IMG/VR virus record: IMGVR_UViG_3300046535_001869
Span: 32,001 to 96,000 of that record
Strand: one strand, 5' to 3'
Length of the DNA stretch: 64,000 nt
Origin: a virus
Part shown: positions 17,506 through 27,090 of the stretch, in pieces
Position numbering within the stretch: position 1 is the first letter of the stretch
How the letters are laid out: each line of letters opens with the position of its first letter
Notes under the pieces: model-generated
Told to the model about the DNA's origin: nothing
What the model saw: the letters and a program-made list of their open reading frames with translations, nothing else
The model's database searches: none
Position numbers and translations under genes: made by a program

Positions 17506-18495
17506 TCACGTCGCCCACCCGTTTACGACGACCGTCGAGCCGGAGCGGGCGATACCCACCGGCACGAACACCGCGCTCGGGAGCGCGGCGCGGACCCGCG
17601 TGTGGTCCTCCGGGCACGCGAATAGCAAACAAAATCCCCCTCCGCCTGCTCCCAGCAGCTTCCCGCCGATCGCACCGGCCGCGCGGGCTCGCTCGTACAG
17701 CTCGCCGACTGTCGGGGTGGCTACCAGGGGTGAGAGGGCTTGCTTTAATCGCCAGGCCTCGTCCAGCAGCTCGCCTAGCGCCTCTATCGGCGTTGTCGAG
17801 GACAGCAGGATCGTCTCGGCCTCGTCGACCTGCTCGCGCATGCGGGCTAGGTACGGGGAGATCGGGGAGAGGTCGAGCGAGGCGGCGATCTGCGGCGCAT
17901 CTCTGACTTCTCCCGTAAACGCGAGTAGCAGATGATCGAGTAGCTCGCGCTGGCGGGCCTGGGGGACCATCGGGCGCCGGACTTCCCATCCGGACGGCCC
18001 GAAATCGACCCGGAGCAGATCGCCGTAGGCGGCGAAGATCTGGTCCTGTTCGCCGCCCAATTCCGCCATCACCGTGCGCTCCAGGTGGATCGCGCGGCGG
18101 GCGAGGAGGCCCGGGTGGTCGTGGCGGCCCGAGAGGGCATCGATCGCGGTGATCAGGCCACAGATGAAGGCTGACGATGATCCGAGGCCCGCGCGGGAGG
18201 GCAGGTCCGCCGAGTATGTGCACTCGATGTTAGTAGGGCGTCCCAGCTGGGTCAGGACGGCGCGGGCGGCCGGGTGGATCAGATCGTCGGCGTGCTCGGT
18301 CAGCTCGATCCTGGAATATACGAGCCTGACGTTGTGCTCGTGAAATGCGGGGAGCTCCCTCACAGTCAAGTAGACGTAGTGGTCGATGGCGAACCCGAGG
18401 ACCGCACCGCCGCGCGGGGACTCGTTGTAATAGGCCGGCGTGTCTGTGCCGCCGCCGAAGAGGCTCACCCTTAGTGGCGTTCGCGTGATGATCAC
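17506..18495 (-). CDS. GHMP sugar kinase (HddA-like, heptose-7-phosphate kinase family)
   Basis: RTPLRVSLFGGGTD, DLPSRAGLGSSS, GEQDQ, GGKLLGAGGGG. Confidence 0.9.
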   Translation of the reverse strand: MIITRTPLRVSLFGGGTDTPAYYNESPRGGAVLGFAIDHYVYLTVRELPAFHEHNVRLVYSRIELTEHADDLIHPAARAVLTQLGRPTNIECTYSADLPSRAGLGSSSAFICGLITAIDALSGRHDHPGLLARRAIHLERTVMAELGGEQDQIFAAYGDLLRVDFGPSGWEVRRPMVPQARQRELLDHLLLAFTGEVRDAPQIAASLDLSPISPYLARMREQVDEAETILLSSTTPIEALGELLDEAWRLKQALSPLVATPTVGELYERARAAGAIGGKLLGAGGGGFCLLFACPEDHTRVRAALPSAVFVPVGIARSGSTVVVNGWAT

Positions 18496-18878
18496 GGATC
18501 AATCCTCTCCACAACGAGCTCGTACCCGCTCGGACGCTCCTCGACGCGGACGATCGCGTTGCCGCTGCTCGTGTGCTGGTCTGGCGCGACCCAGACCGCG
18601 GTATCGGTCCGAGCGACGTAGCCGCCGCCCTTGTAGCCCACGAACACGCGCCCGATGGCGTCCGAAAGCAGGCCCGCCAGCGCGCCCGCGGTCTGGGGAC
18701 GGTCGCCGCGCTGGACGAACACCAGCGCCAGGTCCTCGTAGTAGCCGCGGTAGCTGACCAAGTGGTCCCAGCGGTAGCGGCCCGAGCCGACCCAGACCTT
18801 GGCCGAGCGTGGCAGGCGGGTGAGCGTGGCGAGGAGCGTCCCGACCGTCATCGCGCCGAGCGCGGCGCCGGGGCTCAC
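18492..18878 (-). CDS. hypothetical phage protein
   Basis: SYRGYYEDLA...FVGYKGG. Confidence 0.65.
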   Translation of the reverse strand: MSPGAALGAMTVGTLLATLTRLPRSAKVWVGSGRYRWDHLVSYRGYYEDLALVFVQRGDRPQTAGALAGLLSDAIGRVFVGYKGGGYVARTDTAVWVAPDQHTSSGNAIVRVEERPSGYELVVERIDP

Positions 18879-19108
18879 TGCTTCTCCCCATAGATCAGGC
18901 GCGTGACCCGCTCGCGCAGGCCCTCGCAGAACGCCTCGACGAGCTCGTCGGGCTGCTTGTTGTAGCGCACCGCGTTGAACGCGATCAAACCGGCGACCAT
19001 GCCCTCAACCGCGACCATCTCGGTCTCGAACTGACCGATCGCAGCCATCTTGGCGCCGAACTCCCGGATCAGGGAGGCGGTCAGGTCATTGATCTCATCC
19101 GTGGTCAC
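18875..19108 (-). CDS. hypothetical protein
   Basis: Coupled ORF. Confidence 0.6.
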   Translation of the reverse strand: MTTDEINDLTASLIREFGAKMAAIGQFETEMVAVEGMVAGLIAFNAVRYNKQPDELVEAFCEGLRERVTRLIYGEKQ

Positions 19109-19437
19109 TCGACCAACCCGCGGATCGTCGCGTCGTACAGGTCGAGGACGTCCTCTACGGTCCGCTCGGGCGCGTCGTTCCAGTCAGCGACGGGACAGGA
19201 GATGCCCCGGCCCACGAGTGTCTTCCTTAGTGCGTCGAAGGCGACCTGGCGGCGGACGGTATCCTCGTAGGTGCACATCCGGCCGCCGACCACCGCAAAG
19301 ATGCCCCCTACTGCGCAGGCTCGTCCGTTATCAATGGAGACATTCTGGCACCAGCCGTGGGTTACGATGTACTCGCGAGCGGCGCGGAGGTCCTCGACGA
19401 GGGTACTCGGGGCGAAGGTAGTGCTGTCTAGGGGCAT
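19105..19437 (-). CDS. DUF6197-like hypothetical protein
   Basis: GWCQ...CAVGGI...WNDAPERTVEDV. Confidence 0.6.
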   Translation of the reverse strand: MPLDSTTFAPSTLVEDLRAAREYIVTHGWCQNVSIDNGRACAVGGIFAVVGGRMCTYEDTVRRQVAFDALRKTLVGRGISCPVADWNDAPERTVEDVLDLYDATIRGLVE

Positions 19438-19446
19438 ATCGGACTC

Positions 19447-19746
19447 CTATGATTTAACCAGCTTGACGACCTTCTCGGCGGGTGGCTCGTCGACCCAGTC
19501 CAGGAAGGTGCGGACCGCGGCGAAGTCGGGGAAGATCTTGGCGCGGGCGTAGTCCTCGCCCGGCTGAAGCATCAGCAGGTGGAGGTCGACGAGGTACGAG
19601 CCGATCTTATTGGGCTCGCCGGTCTGTGGATTAAGGCACTCGACGAGATACATCGTCTTCGTGACCCGCTCGCGGAACCGAACCAGAGTCCAGTGCCCCT
19701 CGTCCGGGTCGTCGATCATGGCGAGGAGGTTGATCATGGCCACCAT
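19447..19746 (-). CDS. hypothetical protein
   Basis: - strand chain ORF. Confidence 0.55.
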   Translation of the reverse strand: MVAMINLLAMIDDPDEGHWTLVRFRERVTKTMYLVECLNPQTGEPNKIGSYLVDLHLLMLQPGEDYARAKIFPDFAAVRTFLDWVDEPPAEKVVKLVKS

Positions 19747-20057
19747 CCGTTATTGGTATGAACCTTTGTTGCCAGATAGCCTAGAATCGTGAGACGAGTA
19801 TCGATCCAGGGCGCGCCGCACGAGGAGCAGACGCAGACGTCGAACCTACTTGCTTCCTCTGGTATAGTCTGACCCATGGCGTAGTTATGGAACATTTTTG
19901 TAACGATCACGTCCCCCTCGGGTCCTGGGTCTTGGCCGGCCGGGACCCCAACGGGGGCCGGTCGTATGACTACCTTCGTCTCGCAGATCCGGTGTCCATT
20001 CTCGCAGGTTATCTCGGTCCCAGCCGGTAACGGCCCGGAGTAACCGTCGTAAGTCAC
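19734..20057 (-). CDS. hypothetical Zn-binding protein
   Basis: CENGH and CSSCG. Confidence 0.55.
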   Translation of the reverse strand: MTYDGYSGPLPAGTEITCENGHRICETKVVIRPAPVGVPAGQDPGPEGDVIVTKMFHNYAMGQTIPEEASRFDVCVCSSCGAPWIDTRLTILGYLATKVHTNNGWWP

Positions 20058-21568
20058 TTCGCCTCCTCCAACAGATCCCGTTTCAGCGTATACGACGTCA
20101 TCCTACGGATCTCCTCGACCGCCGCTTGGCCGAACTTGTCGCGGATCATCGCGAGGTAGCCCGGGTCGGTGAAGTAGCACGTGAAGGCGGTGTCGCGGAA
20201 GCGGAGGACCTCAGCGGCGGGGACGGTCTCGGTGTCTAGTGGACGAGATACGGAATTGTGCTGAGAATATCCGGCCCAGGACGATGGAGGCGTCCATCCC
20301 TCGGCGAGGGCCTGGTCGTATAGAGGCGAGCCGGGATAGGCCATCGCGCAGTAGAAATTGGCAAACTCGGTTCGGAGGGAGCGCGCGAGATCGAGGGTCT
20401 CTCCCATCGTCTCCATCGTATCGCCGCGCAGGCCAAAGATATAGTTCCCAATCACGTTGATCCCCGCGGCCTGGATCATCGCAACAACCCGGCGGATCTC
20501 GGCGTTATCGTCCTGGCCGGCGCGCAGGCGCTTGTTCGCCCCGGCGCGGACGTGGGCCGAGCCGGCCTCTATGCCGAGGGCTAACCATTTGATCCCAGCC
20601 TTGCGTAGAAGTGGTAAGTCGTCGTCGTGGACCGTGTCGGTACGAGAGTAGGCCCATATGTTCAGGTCGTCGGCGATCCCGGAGGCGATCAGCCGATGGC
20701 AGATCTCGCGAAAATGCCCGCGGTTCAAAACAAAGAGCTCGTCAGTTATCTTGAACGTTCGGATACCGTACTCGCGATAGAGCATCACGATCTCGTCGAC
20801 GACCTTGCGCGGATCGCGGCGCCGGTAAACGTTCGAGTGCTGGAATACGTTAATCATGCAGAAGTGGCACTTGAAGCTACACCCCAGGCTCGTGTGGATC
20901 GACGCGTAAGGCTGACGCCGCGTCGGGTCCTCCAGGCACTGCCAGTTGTGCGCCCGGTAGAGGTGCATCGGCAGCAGGTGCCACGCCGACGAGCCGTGGA
21001 GATCGCAGTCGAGGTCGAGGAGCGGTGCGCGGGGATTGGCGACCGCTCGCTCGTCCCCGCCGCAGGTCGGGTGGGACCACACCAGGCCTGGGATCTCCTG
21101 CGGGTACCAGACGCCACCGTGCTTGTGGATTTGCTCTAGGAGTCCCTCGATCGTCAGTGGTCCCTCGCCGTCGCAGACGAAGTCAACCGGCTCCTCGCGC
21201 AGCGTCCTTTCTGGTAGCGCCGAAGGGTGGTTACCGAGCATGAGGATCGGAGGGGGGAAGAGCAGGACGCGGATGGCCTGAGCTACGGCCCGCGCTCCCG
21301 TCATTTGCTGTGTACTCGCCGATGGTTGATGACCGTGGACGCATATCGCAACTAGACGCGGTCGATAGAAGGTAACCTTGATAGCAACCTGCTCCGGTGA
21401 AAGGTGTTCGGCCTCCTGGTCGATGATCGCGACGGTCTTCCCACGATCTAGAAAGTAGGAAGCGATAATTCGACACCACAGAGCCTGTTCGATAGCCGTG
21501 AGGGTGCCACCAAGCTCGCCGTAGATGCCGTGCACCGCGCCGGGATGGATCAGGACCAGGTCGATCAT
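20054..21568 (-). CDS. cobalamin-binding radical SAM enzyme
   Basis: N-terminal B12-binding-like domain (GNHPSALPE, DGEG), SLGCSFKCHFC (CxxxCxxC), YPGSPLY. Confidence 0.9.
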   Translation of the reverse strand: MIDLVLIHPGAVHGIYGELGGTLTAIEQALWCRIIASYFLDRGKTVAIIDQEAEHLSPEQVAIKVTFYRPRLVAICVHGHQPSASTQQMTGARAVAQAIRVLLFPPPILMLGNHPSALPERTLREEPVDFVCDGEGPLTIEGLLEQIHKHGGVWYPQEIPGLVWSHPTCGGDERAVANPRAPLLDLDCDLHGSSAWHLLPMHLYRAHNWQCLEDPTRRQPYASIHTSLGCSFKCHFCMINVFQHSNVYRRRDPRKVVDEIVMLYREYGIRTFKITDELFVLNRGHFREICHRLIASGIADDLNIWAYSRTDTVHDDDLPLLRKAGIKWLALGIEAGSAHVRAGANKRLRAGQDDNAEIRRVVAMIQAAGINVIGNYIFGLRGDTMETMGETLDLARSLRTEFANFYCAMAYPGSPLYDQALAEGWTPPSSWAGYSQHNSVSRPLDTETVPAAEVLRFRDTAFTCYFTDPGYLAMIRDKFGQAAVEEIRRMTSYTLKRDLLEEAK

Positions 21569-21777
21569 CAGAACTCCTTCATCAACGTGACGATGATCCG
21601 GCCGCGGCCGAACGCGTCGCGCTCAAACTTAAAACCAGACTGGAACGAGAGCCTGGACGCCTCCTCCCAGAGCTCCAGGACCGGCGCGAGCGCCTCCTCG
21701 ATCCGACGCTTCAGGTCGACGGCGACCTCGGCGTCGCTCCGGGTCGTCAGCAGGCGAACCGGCGGGTCGTCGTTCAC
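21568..21777 (-). CDS. hypothetical protein
   Basis: Coupled ORF. Confidence 0.55.
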   Translation of the reverse strand: MNDDPPVRLLTTRSDAEVAVDLKRRIEEALAPVLELWEEASRLSFQSGFKFERDAFGRGRIIVTLMKEF

Positions 21778-22022
21778 TTCACCCTCGTCAGCTTGAGCAC
21801 GTTCGGAACCCGCCCGATGCCCCTGGTCTCGGCCAGCACCGCGTCCAGCTGTCGGTTCAGCGCGTCACAGCGCGTGTAGAGAGTCGTCTTGGACACGCCG
21901 CCGTAGTCGCGCCAGATCCCTGCGACAACGTTCTTGGACACGCCGAAGCGTTCCGCGACCACGGACTGGATCTCGCCGTCGCCGAGGAGGTCGAGGATCG
22001 CGGTGCGGCGCTCTGGGGTCAT
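21774..22022 (-). CDS. GcrA-like N-terminal HTH protein
   Basis: VVAERFGVSKNVVAGIWR resembles the GcrA IA..LG.SRNAVIG helix. Confidence 0.5.
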   Translation of the reverse strand: MTPERRTAILDLLGDGEIQSVVAERFGVSKNVVAGIWRDYGGVSKTTLYTRCDALNRQLDAVLAETRGIGRVPNVLKLTRVK

Positions 22023-22453
22023 CCGGCAAACTTCTCGCGAGCCCTCATACTGAACCAGTGGTGGACGTTCAGGATAGCGGCTTGCGCGATCTCATCGATT
22101 TGCTTTGATGAACCATCGCTACCCTCGGTATCAGCGACGAGCTCCCCATTAAGATCGCCATCATTAAACGAGAATACGAGCTTCACACTGCCACGGTCCG
22201 CGAGAGCGGTTCGTATAGCCTCTAGGGCTGGTTCCTTGAAGCCGGAGACAGCAAGCTCAGTCGCGGCGCGAAATCGCATCCCCCGCTCGGCAGCAACGAT
22301 CGTTACTAGTTGATCTGCGGTTGCGTCCGGCAGCTTTCCGCGAACGTACTCGGTGGGATCAAGGTCCTCGTCCGTGAGATATGCCGTAACGCTCCGTTCG
22401 CTGAAGATCTCTCCTTCAGCTCCGACTCTAAACGTCAATTTTGCTAGATGCAT
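22019..22453 (-). CDS. hypothetical protein
   Basis: Start re-set to ATG 22453 after a purine-rich AAGGA RBS. Confidence 0.55.
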   Translation of the reverse strand: MHLAKLTFRVGAEGEIFSERSVTAYLTDEDLDPTEYVRGKLPDATADQLVTIVAAERGMRFRAATELAVSGFKEPALEAIRTALADRGSVKLVFSFNDGDLNGELVADTEGSDGSSKQIDEIAQAAILNVHHWFSMRAREKFAG

Positions 22454-22639
22454 GATGTCTTCCTTACGAAATAAGCCGCCCGCGCCGCGCGATACTCCTC
22501 GCGCGTCGGCCGCGGGGTCGGCGATGCGGGCCGGACGCGGATGAACTCTCGCATATCGGCCTCGTTGACGCAGCGTTAGGCGAGCCACTCGCGGCCGGCG
22601 TGGAGGAAGGTGTGGGTCATGATTCTTTATCATAGTCGT

Positions 22640-23812
22640 TCATAGTGTGTTCTTTAAAATTTTTACAGCTTTTTCAATAAGATCTGGGATTGGCCACGGC
22701 GCGCAGCCCAGGAACAGGCCAGTATCGTGGATCCGATCGGCGTTCGGCGTCGGGTTCGCCTCGCGCCAGGGCGCGCCGTAGGGATGACGGGTAAAGGACC
22801 CGCCGGTAGGTAAGCGTGCGTCGATCGAGGCTTCGCGCAGGGCCGCGACCAGGGCACGGCGGCGCTCGCGCGACTCGACCGTAAACGGCAGCCCGAACGG
22901 ACTGGGAGTCCCCTCGATCCTCGGGTGGACGATCGGTAGATCAGTCGTGAGGCTACGAAATAGGTCGGCGTTGGTGCGACGCGCGGCGATCATCTCGGGG
23001 AGCTTCCGTAGCTGCTCGCGGGCGACCGCGGCGTGGATCTCGACTGGCCGCAAATTGTACCCGAAAATGGTGAAATTGTAGTGCTCCTCAACCTCGGCGC
23101 TGCCCCACCCGGCGTTCCCGTGGTCGCGCAGGAGGCGCATCGTCCGGGCTAGGTCGTCGTCGTCGGTCAGCGCGGCGCCGCCTTCCCAAGCGCTAATCTG
23201 GTGGGAGTAGAAGAAACTAACGGTGGCGATGGCGCCGAACTCGATGGCGTCTACCCCAGGAGGCTTGCCCGCAAAGGCGCCGATCGACTCGCAGGCATCT
23301 ACTAGGAGCGGGATGTTGAGACGAGTAGCCAAGATCTGCCAGTCGACAAGATATGCCGGGTTGCCGAGGACCGGAACGGTGACGAGGAGCGACAACTTGT
23401 CCCACTCCATTTCGACGAGGTTTCCGGCGGGCGCATTCCACGTGTCGTCTACGTCGACAACTAGCGGCGCGAGGCCGTGCTGGATCGGGGGAGCATAGGT
23501 CGTGGCCCAGGCGATGGCCGGCGCGGCGAATCGGGAGATCTCCAGGGGAGGATCTCCCATCCACTGCTCGCCGTTCCGGATCCACCCATCCCCAGCGCGA
23601 TGCGCCAGCGCCACCACCGCGATGAGGTTAGCCGACGACCCGGAGTTGACCATCACCGCGTGGCGGCGGCCGTGGAATGCCGCGAGCTCGGCCTCCAGCG
23701 CCTCGGTCTCCGGCCCCATCGTCAGGCGGTCGGAGGCCAGCACGCGGGCGACGGCGGCGGCCTCTTCCGCTCCGTGCGCGCTGAAGGCTGTCGGAAAGTC
23801 CCACGTCGTCAT
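22640..23812 (-). CDS. DegT/DnrJ-fold PLP enzyme, ColD/RfbH-like NDP-4-keto-6-deoxysugar 3-dehydratase
   Basis: MVNSGSSANL, VDACESIG and GYNLRP; SFFYSHQISAWEGG has His at the Schiff-base Lys position, as in ColD/E1. Confidence 0.85.
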   Translation of the reverse strand: MTTWDFPTAFSAHGAEEAAAVARVLASDRLTMGPETEALEAELAAFHGRRHAVMVNSGSSANLIAVVALAHRAGDGWIRNGEQWMGDPPLEISRFAAPAIAWATTYAPPIQHGLAPLVVDVDDTWNAPAGNLVEMEWDKLSLLVTVPVLGNPAYLVDWQILATRLNIPLLVDACESIGAFAGKPPGVDAIEFGAIATVSFFYSHQISAWEGGAALTDDDDLARTMRLLRDHGNAGWGSAEVEEHYNFTIFGYNLRPVEIHAAVAREQLRKLPEMIAARRTNADLFRSLTTDLPIVHPRIEGTPSPFGLPFTVESRERRRALVAALREASIDARLPTGGSFTRHPYGAPWREANPTPNADRIHDTGLFLGCAPWPIPDLIEKAVKILKNTL

Positions 23813-24082
23813 TAGTATACTCCCAGACCGTGCGCTACGTCGTTCGCGAACAGTAGGACGACCATGAGCAGGACGACCGCACCGATCGCGTATGCTAGTG
23901 CTTCCATTACACCCTCACGTTCCAGATCCGGAGGCCTAGTCGACAGAGCTCGGTGAAGGCCAAACGACGCTTAATGTGAAACTCGTCTCCGGGGTTAATA
24001 GGGTAAGCTGGATTCTCAATGGCATCGCGGGTCCGCTGGTCGACATTCCGCATTAGGTCCTCGTAGCGGCGCTCCAGGTCGG

Positions 24083-24667
24083 TCATCCCTGGTCCTCCGT
24101 CTCGTATAGCTCCGCCCTCTCGACGAGGATCGTCGACGTCGGACGACGAAGGGCATCCATATAATAGGGGACGATCATGTACGGCTCGAATAGTTCTATC
24201 ACGTGGATAGTCCGCAGCATCGCGCGGAGCGCAGCGACGTAACCGGTGGGAACAAGGTCGACCTCGTCCGAGAGATAGTTGCCGCCCTCAGGGTCGACGT
24301 GCTGCGGACCTGGGTCGAGCGGGATCGGGGAGGCGATCGACGTACGGATGATGACCTTCGGGCGATAGTCGGAGTAGAGCGGGATCGCGTCGAGGTGGAG
24401 GACGAGCTGATTCATCGCCAGCAGAAGGAAGTTGATTCGCGGGTAGACCGCTACCGGGATCGCGCCGGTCAACGACAGCCCCGTGGCGATTCCCATCTGA
24501 GTATCTTCAAAGACAGGCGTCTCGATCATCCTCTCGCGCGGAACGTCGCGGAACGTCGCGGTCATCGCGGTGCCGCCGGCTACGATGGACTGGCCAAGAA
24601 ACATGACGCGAGGGTCCTCGGCGAGGAGGGTCATCGCCTCGGTCAGGCGATCACGATAGGTGGTCAA
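24083..24667 (-). CDS. TPP-dependent enzyme beta subunit (E1-beta/transketolase pyrimidine-binding domain only)
   Basis: FLGQSI, IETPVFEDTQMGIATGLS, YPRINFLLLAMNQL, GPQH. Confidence 0.85.
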   Translation of the reverse strand: MTTYRDRLTEAMTLLAEDPRVMFLGQSIVAGGTAMTATFRDVPRERMIETPVFEDTQMGIATGLSLTGAIPVAVYPRINFLLLAMNQLVLHLDAIPLYSDYRPKVIIRTSIASPIPLDPGPQHVDPEGGNYLSDEVDLVPTGYVAALRAMLRTIHVIELFEPYMIVPYYMDALRRPTSTILVERAELYETEDQG

Positions 24668-24685
24668 AACTCTTTCCTCGTGACG

Positions 24686-25387
24686 TTAGTCATCATCATG
24701 TAGTCGTAATTTCCCTGGAGCACCAAGGGCATGAATGCCCAACCGCGTAACCCAGTCTAGTATGTGGCACCATCGCCGATCGTCTTTCTCGAATCGGGGA
24801 ACCTTACCATCAGCGACATCAAGGCACACACAGGCGACGCAATTCAATTGCGCATCAGCCATTCCAATCTGCTCCATCAGTTCGATGTAGCGAAGATCAT
24901 CGGCGGTCGGTTCAATTGGCACCATGCCATGCGGGTCAGGCAGAGGTACAGGTTCGCCCAACTTAACGTAGGAGTTTGTAGTTTCCCAATGCCGTATCGT
25001 TTGCAAGCATCGCTCGTACCAACGCACCCATTTTTCTGGTTCCCACACGATGTTCGCATTCATCGAGCGTCCGAATCGCTTGTACCAGCGTATCTCGACG
25101 CCCTCGAACGAGAAATTCGGAGCGTCGGCTAGTTGCTGATCCCAGTCGGCATCTTCGGGCGAACCACCCCAATTATAATAGTGATTCCAAACAATCCCCT
25201 GCGGCAGTGGCGTTAGCCCCCCTTCGTCTGACCACATATCAAAATCGCGACCCGCTTCCCATTGTTTCTGCTGGGTATTCCAATATGCTCGATTCAGGTG
25301 CGCGCGTAACCCCTCTATCAGTGCATCAACGTAATCTGGCAGCGGTGCGCCGACAGGGTTGTTGTGAATTATTTGTCCTAATTCCAT
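24686..25387 (-). CDS. hypothetical protein (lower-GC insertion between the E1 subunit genes)
   Basis: 233 aa ORF; IRWYKRFGRSM. Confidence 0.65.
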   Translation of the reverse strand: MELGQIIHNNPVGAPLPDYVDALIEGLRAHLNRAYWNTQQKQWEAGRDFDMWSDEGGLTPLPQGIVWNHYYNWGGSPEDADWDQQLADAPNFSFEGVEIRWYKRFGRSMNANIVWEPEKWVRWYERCLQTIRHWETTNSYVKLGEPVPLPDPHGMVPIEPTADDLRYIELMEQIGMADAQLNCVACVCLDVADGKVPRFEKDDRRWCHILDWVTRLGIHALGAPGKLRLHDDD

Positions 25388-25441
25388 TTGTAAAACCAGC
25401 GTCCTTTAAGCGCGGTCACAGTCCGGCACGAAGGATTTTCG

Positions 25442-26032
25442 TCAGAAATCGACGCGGACACCCGCACCAGCGTGCGGGAACTTATTCTTATAGAAGTATC
25501 GATGCTCCTCTGCCGCCCCCGGGTGTGCGCCCCAAGCCTCCTGCGTATCGGTCATGACGGAGAGGCCGTTATCTTCGACGACGAACGAGATCGGCAGCGC
25601 CTGGCGCCGCGCGTAGGTCGTCGCCTCGTGATATGCTCCAGTCACTGCTGTCATGTCGCCACAAAATACATGAACCTTGGCGTCAGACCCCTGGCGTCTT
25701 AACCCCACCGCGATCCCCACGGCGATCGGCAGGATTCCGCCGACGATCGCCGACGAGACGACCCGGTGCTCGAGGAAGCACAACGTGATCGAGCGGCCGG
25801 CGAGGATCGCGGCGCGGACCTCGTCCGAGGGGACTTCGGCCAGGAGGCAGTGGTAGTGCATTCGCCATGACCCACAGACCCAGTCGCCGCGGGCCGCGTC
25901 GTGGTGCGCGGCGAAGTAGTCGATCAGCTGCTGCTCGTTGCCGCCCGAGAGGTGTACCGGGTGTGGGATCTCGGCGCGGTTGAACCGCTCGGCGATGTCC
26001 GCCTCGAAGGCTATCAGGTCGGCGGGGGTCAT
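25442..26032 (-). CDS. TPP-dependent enzyme alpha subunit (minimal E1-alpha)
   Basis: PVHLSGGNE, WRMHYH, SAIVGG, GD...EDN TPP motif; start ATG 26032 after GGAGG. Confidence 0.85.
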   Translation of the reverse strand: MTPADLIAFEADIAERFNRAEIPHPVHLSGGNEQQLIDYFAAHHDAARGDWVCGSWRMHYHCLLAEVPSDEVRAAILAGRSITLCFLEHRVVSSAIVGGILPIAVGIAVGLRRQGSDAKVHVFCGDMTAVTGAYHEATTYARRQALPISFVVEDNGLSVMTDTQEAWGAHPGAAEEHRYFYKNKFPHAGAGVRVDF

Positions 26033-26061
26033 CTTCGAGTCCTCCTTCGAGCAGGTTCCCG

Positions 26062-26090
26062 ACCATAGCGCACTAACAACGAAAAGTAAA
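26062..26090 (-). promoter_or_regulatory. phage promoter, copy 6 (TTTACT-17-TATGGT)
   Basis: Repeat-family match directly upstream of E1-alpha. Confidence 0.75.
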
Positions 26091-26510
26091 CTAAGGAAAT
26101 CGGAATCCACGCTCCTCCCAGAACGCGACGACGCGCGGGTCGGCCTCGCGCTCCAGGCGGAGGTACCACGGCCGACTGACGCCGAGGCTTTCGTACACGT
26201 CGACGAGGAGCTCGCCGGACCGGCGGCGCGCGGCGGCGCACAGCTCGGCCTGGGTGGGTACCAGACCCTCGATCGGTTCGGCAGCGGCGGCGACCTCCGC
26301 GGCTAAGACGCGAGCACCAAGGCCAGCCTCGATCGCACGATAGGAACTGTAGCTAACGCCGATCGTCGCGGCTGCCTCGGTCTGAGTCATCGCCGGCCCG
26401 GCCCGGCCGAAGGTCCTCCCGTTTCGGCTGAGCTGCCGACGGCGCCAGATCCACAGCCGCTCGGCGTCGGTCAGGTAGCCGAGGTCGTAGCGCGTCGATA
26501 CATCGTTCAT
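26091..26510 (-). CDS. tandem HTH DNA-binding protein
   Basis: MTQTEAAATIGVSYSSYRAIEAG and SLGVSRPWYLRLE. Confidence 0.7.
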   Translation of the reverse strand: MNDVSTRYDLGYLTDAERLWIWRRRQLSRNGRTFGRAGPAMTQTEAAATIGVSYSSYRAIEAGLGARVLAAEVAAAAEPIEGLVPTQAELCAAARRRSGELLVDVYESLGVSRPWYLRLEREADPRVVAFWEERGFRFP

Positions 26511-26905
26511 CTGAATCGCTTCGTTATGACGCGTCGTTCAATCGGCGCCAGGTGGCGGAGGATCTCCTTCAGCGGGAACGCGCCCTCGGCGCGGACCACC
26601 GGCGCGGGTTCGGCGTGCTCGTAGAGTAGACGCGTTCCCACGGCGTCATGGAGGAACCACGTCCGGTCGGCGTATAGCAGGACGTGGTAGAGACCGCCGG
26701 CCTTGACCCACCGCTCGCCGAACAGAACCTGGTCGAGCGTGATCGAGCCGATGGTCGCTTTCATTTCTAGCGTCCCGGTGACCCCGACGAGGCAGTACAC
26801 CGTGTCCGGGAACCCAAGCGAGACGCCGTTCTCGACGCGCTCTAGCACGCCGAACGGCGCGAGGTGGTCGCGCGTGGTGGACCAGGCGTGGGACTCAAGG
26901 GGCAT
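26507..26905 (-). CDS. PD-(D/E)xK nuclease (VRR-NUC/Holliday junction resolvase-like)
   Basis: RVEN...GFPD...LEMK...Q..F. Confidence 0.7.
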   Translation of the reverse strand: MPLESHAWSTTRDHLAPFGVLERVENGVSLGFPDTVYCLVGVTGTLEMKATIGSITLDQVLFGERWVKAGGLYHVLLYADRTWFLHDAVGTRLLYEHAEPAPVVRAEGAFPLKEILRHLAPIERRVITKRFR

Positions 26906-27090
26906 TAGATTTCAAGAGCCTTCTTCACAGCCGATTTTTCATCGCCCTTATAGGCTTTCTTTAGTCCTTCTTTATCAAATAAAGAGATGAATACCGGAAG
27001 CATCTTACTTGCCGCGAACCTGAAACCGACCCATATCATAAAAGCAGACCAGGCTAAGAAGCCTGCAAATAGAACTAAGGTCTCCATCAC
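26905..27090 (-). CDS. small membrane protein
   Basis: N-terminal TM helix; AT-rich. Confidence 0.55.
   Translation of the reverse strand: MMETLVLFAGFLAWSAFMIWVGFRFAASKMLPVFISLFDKEGLKKAYKGDEKSAVKKALEI

Noticed and set aside
24083-26032. Pyruvate dehydrogenase as an auxiliary metabolic gene
   Set aside because: The subunits are truncated, E2 and E3 are absent, and the context is nucleotide-sugar enzymes.
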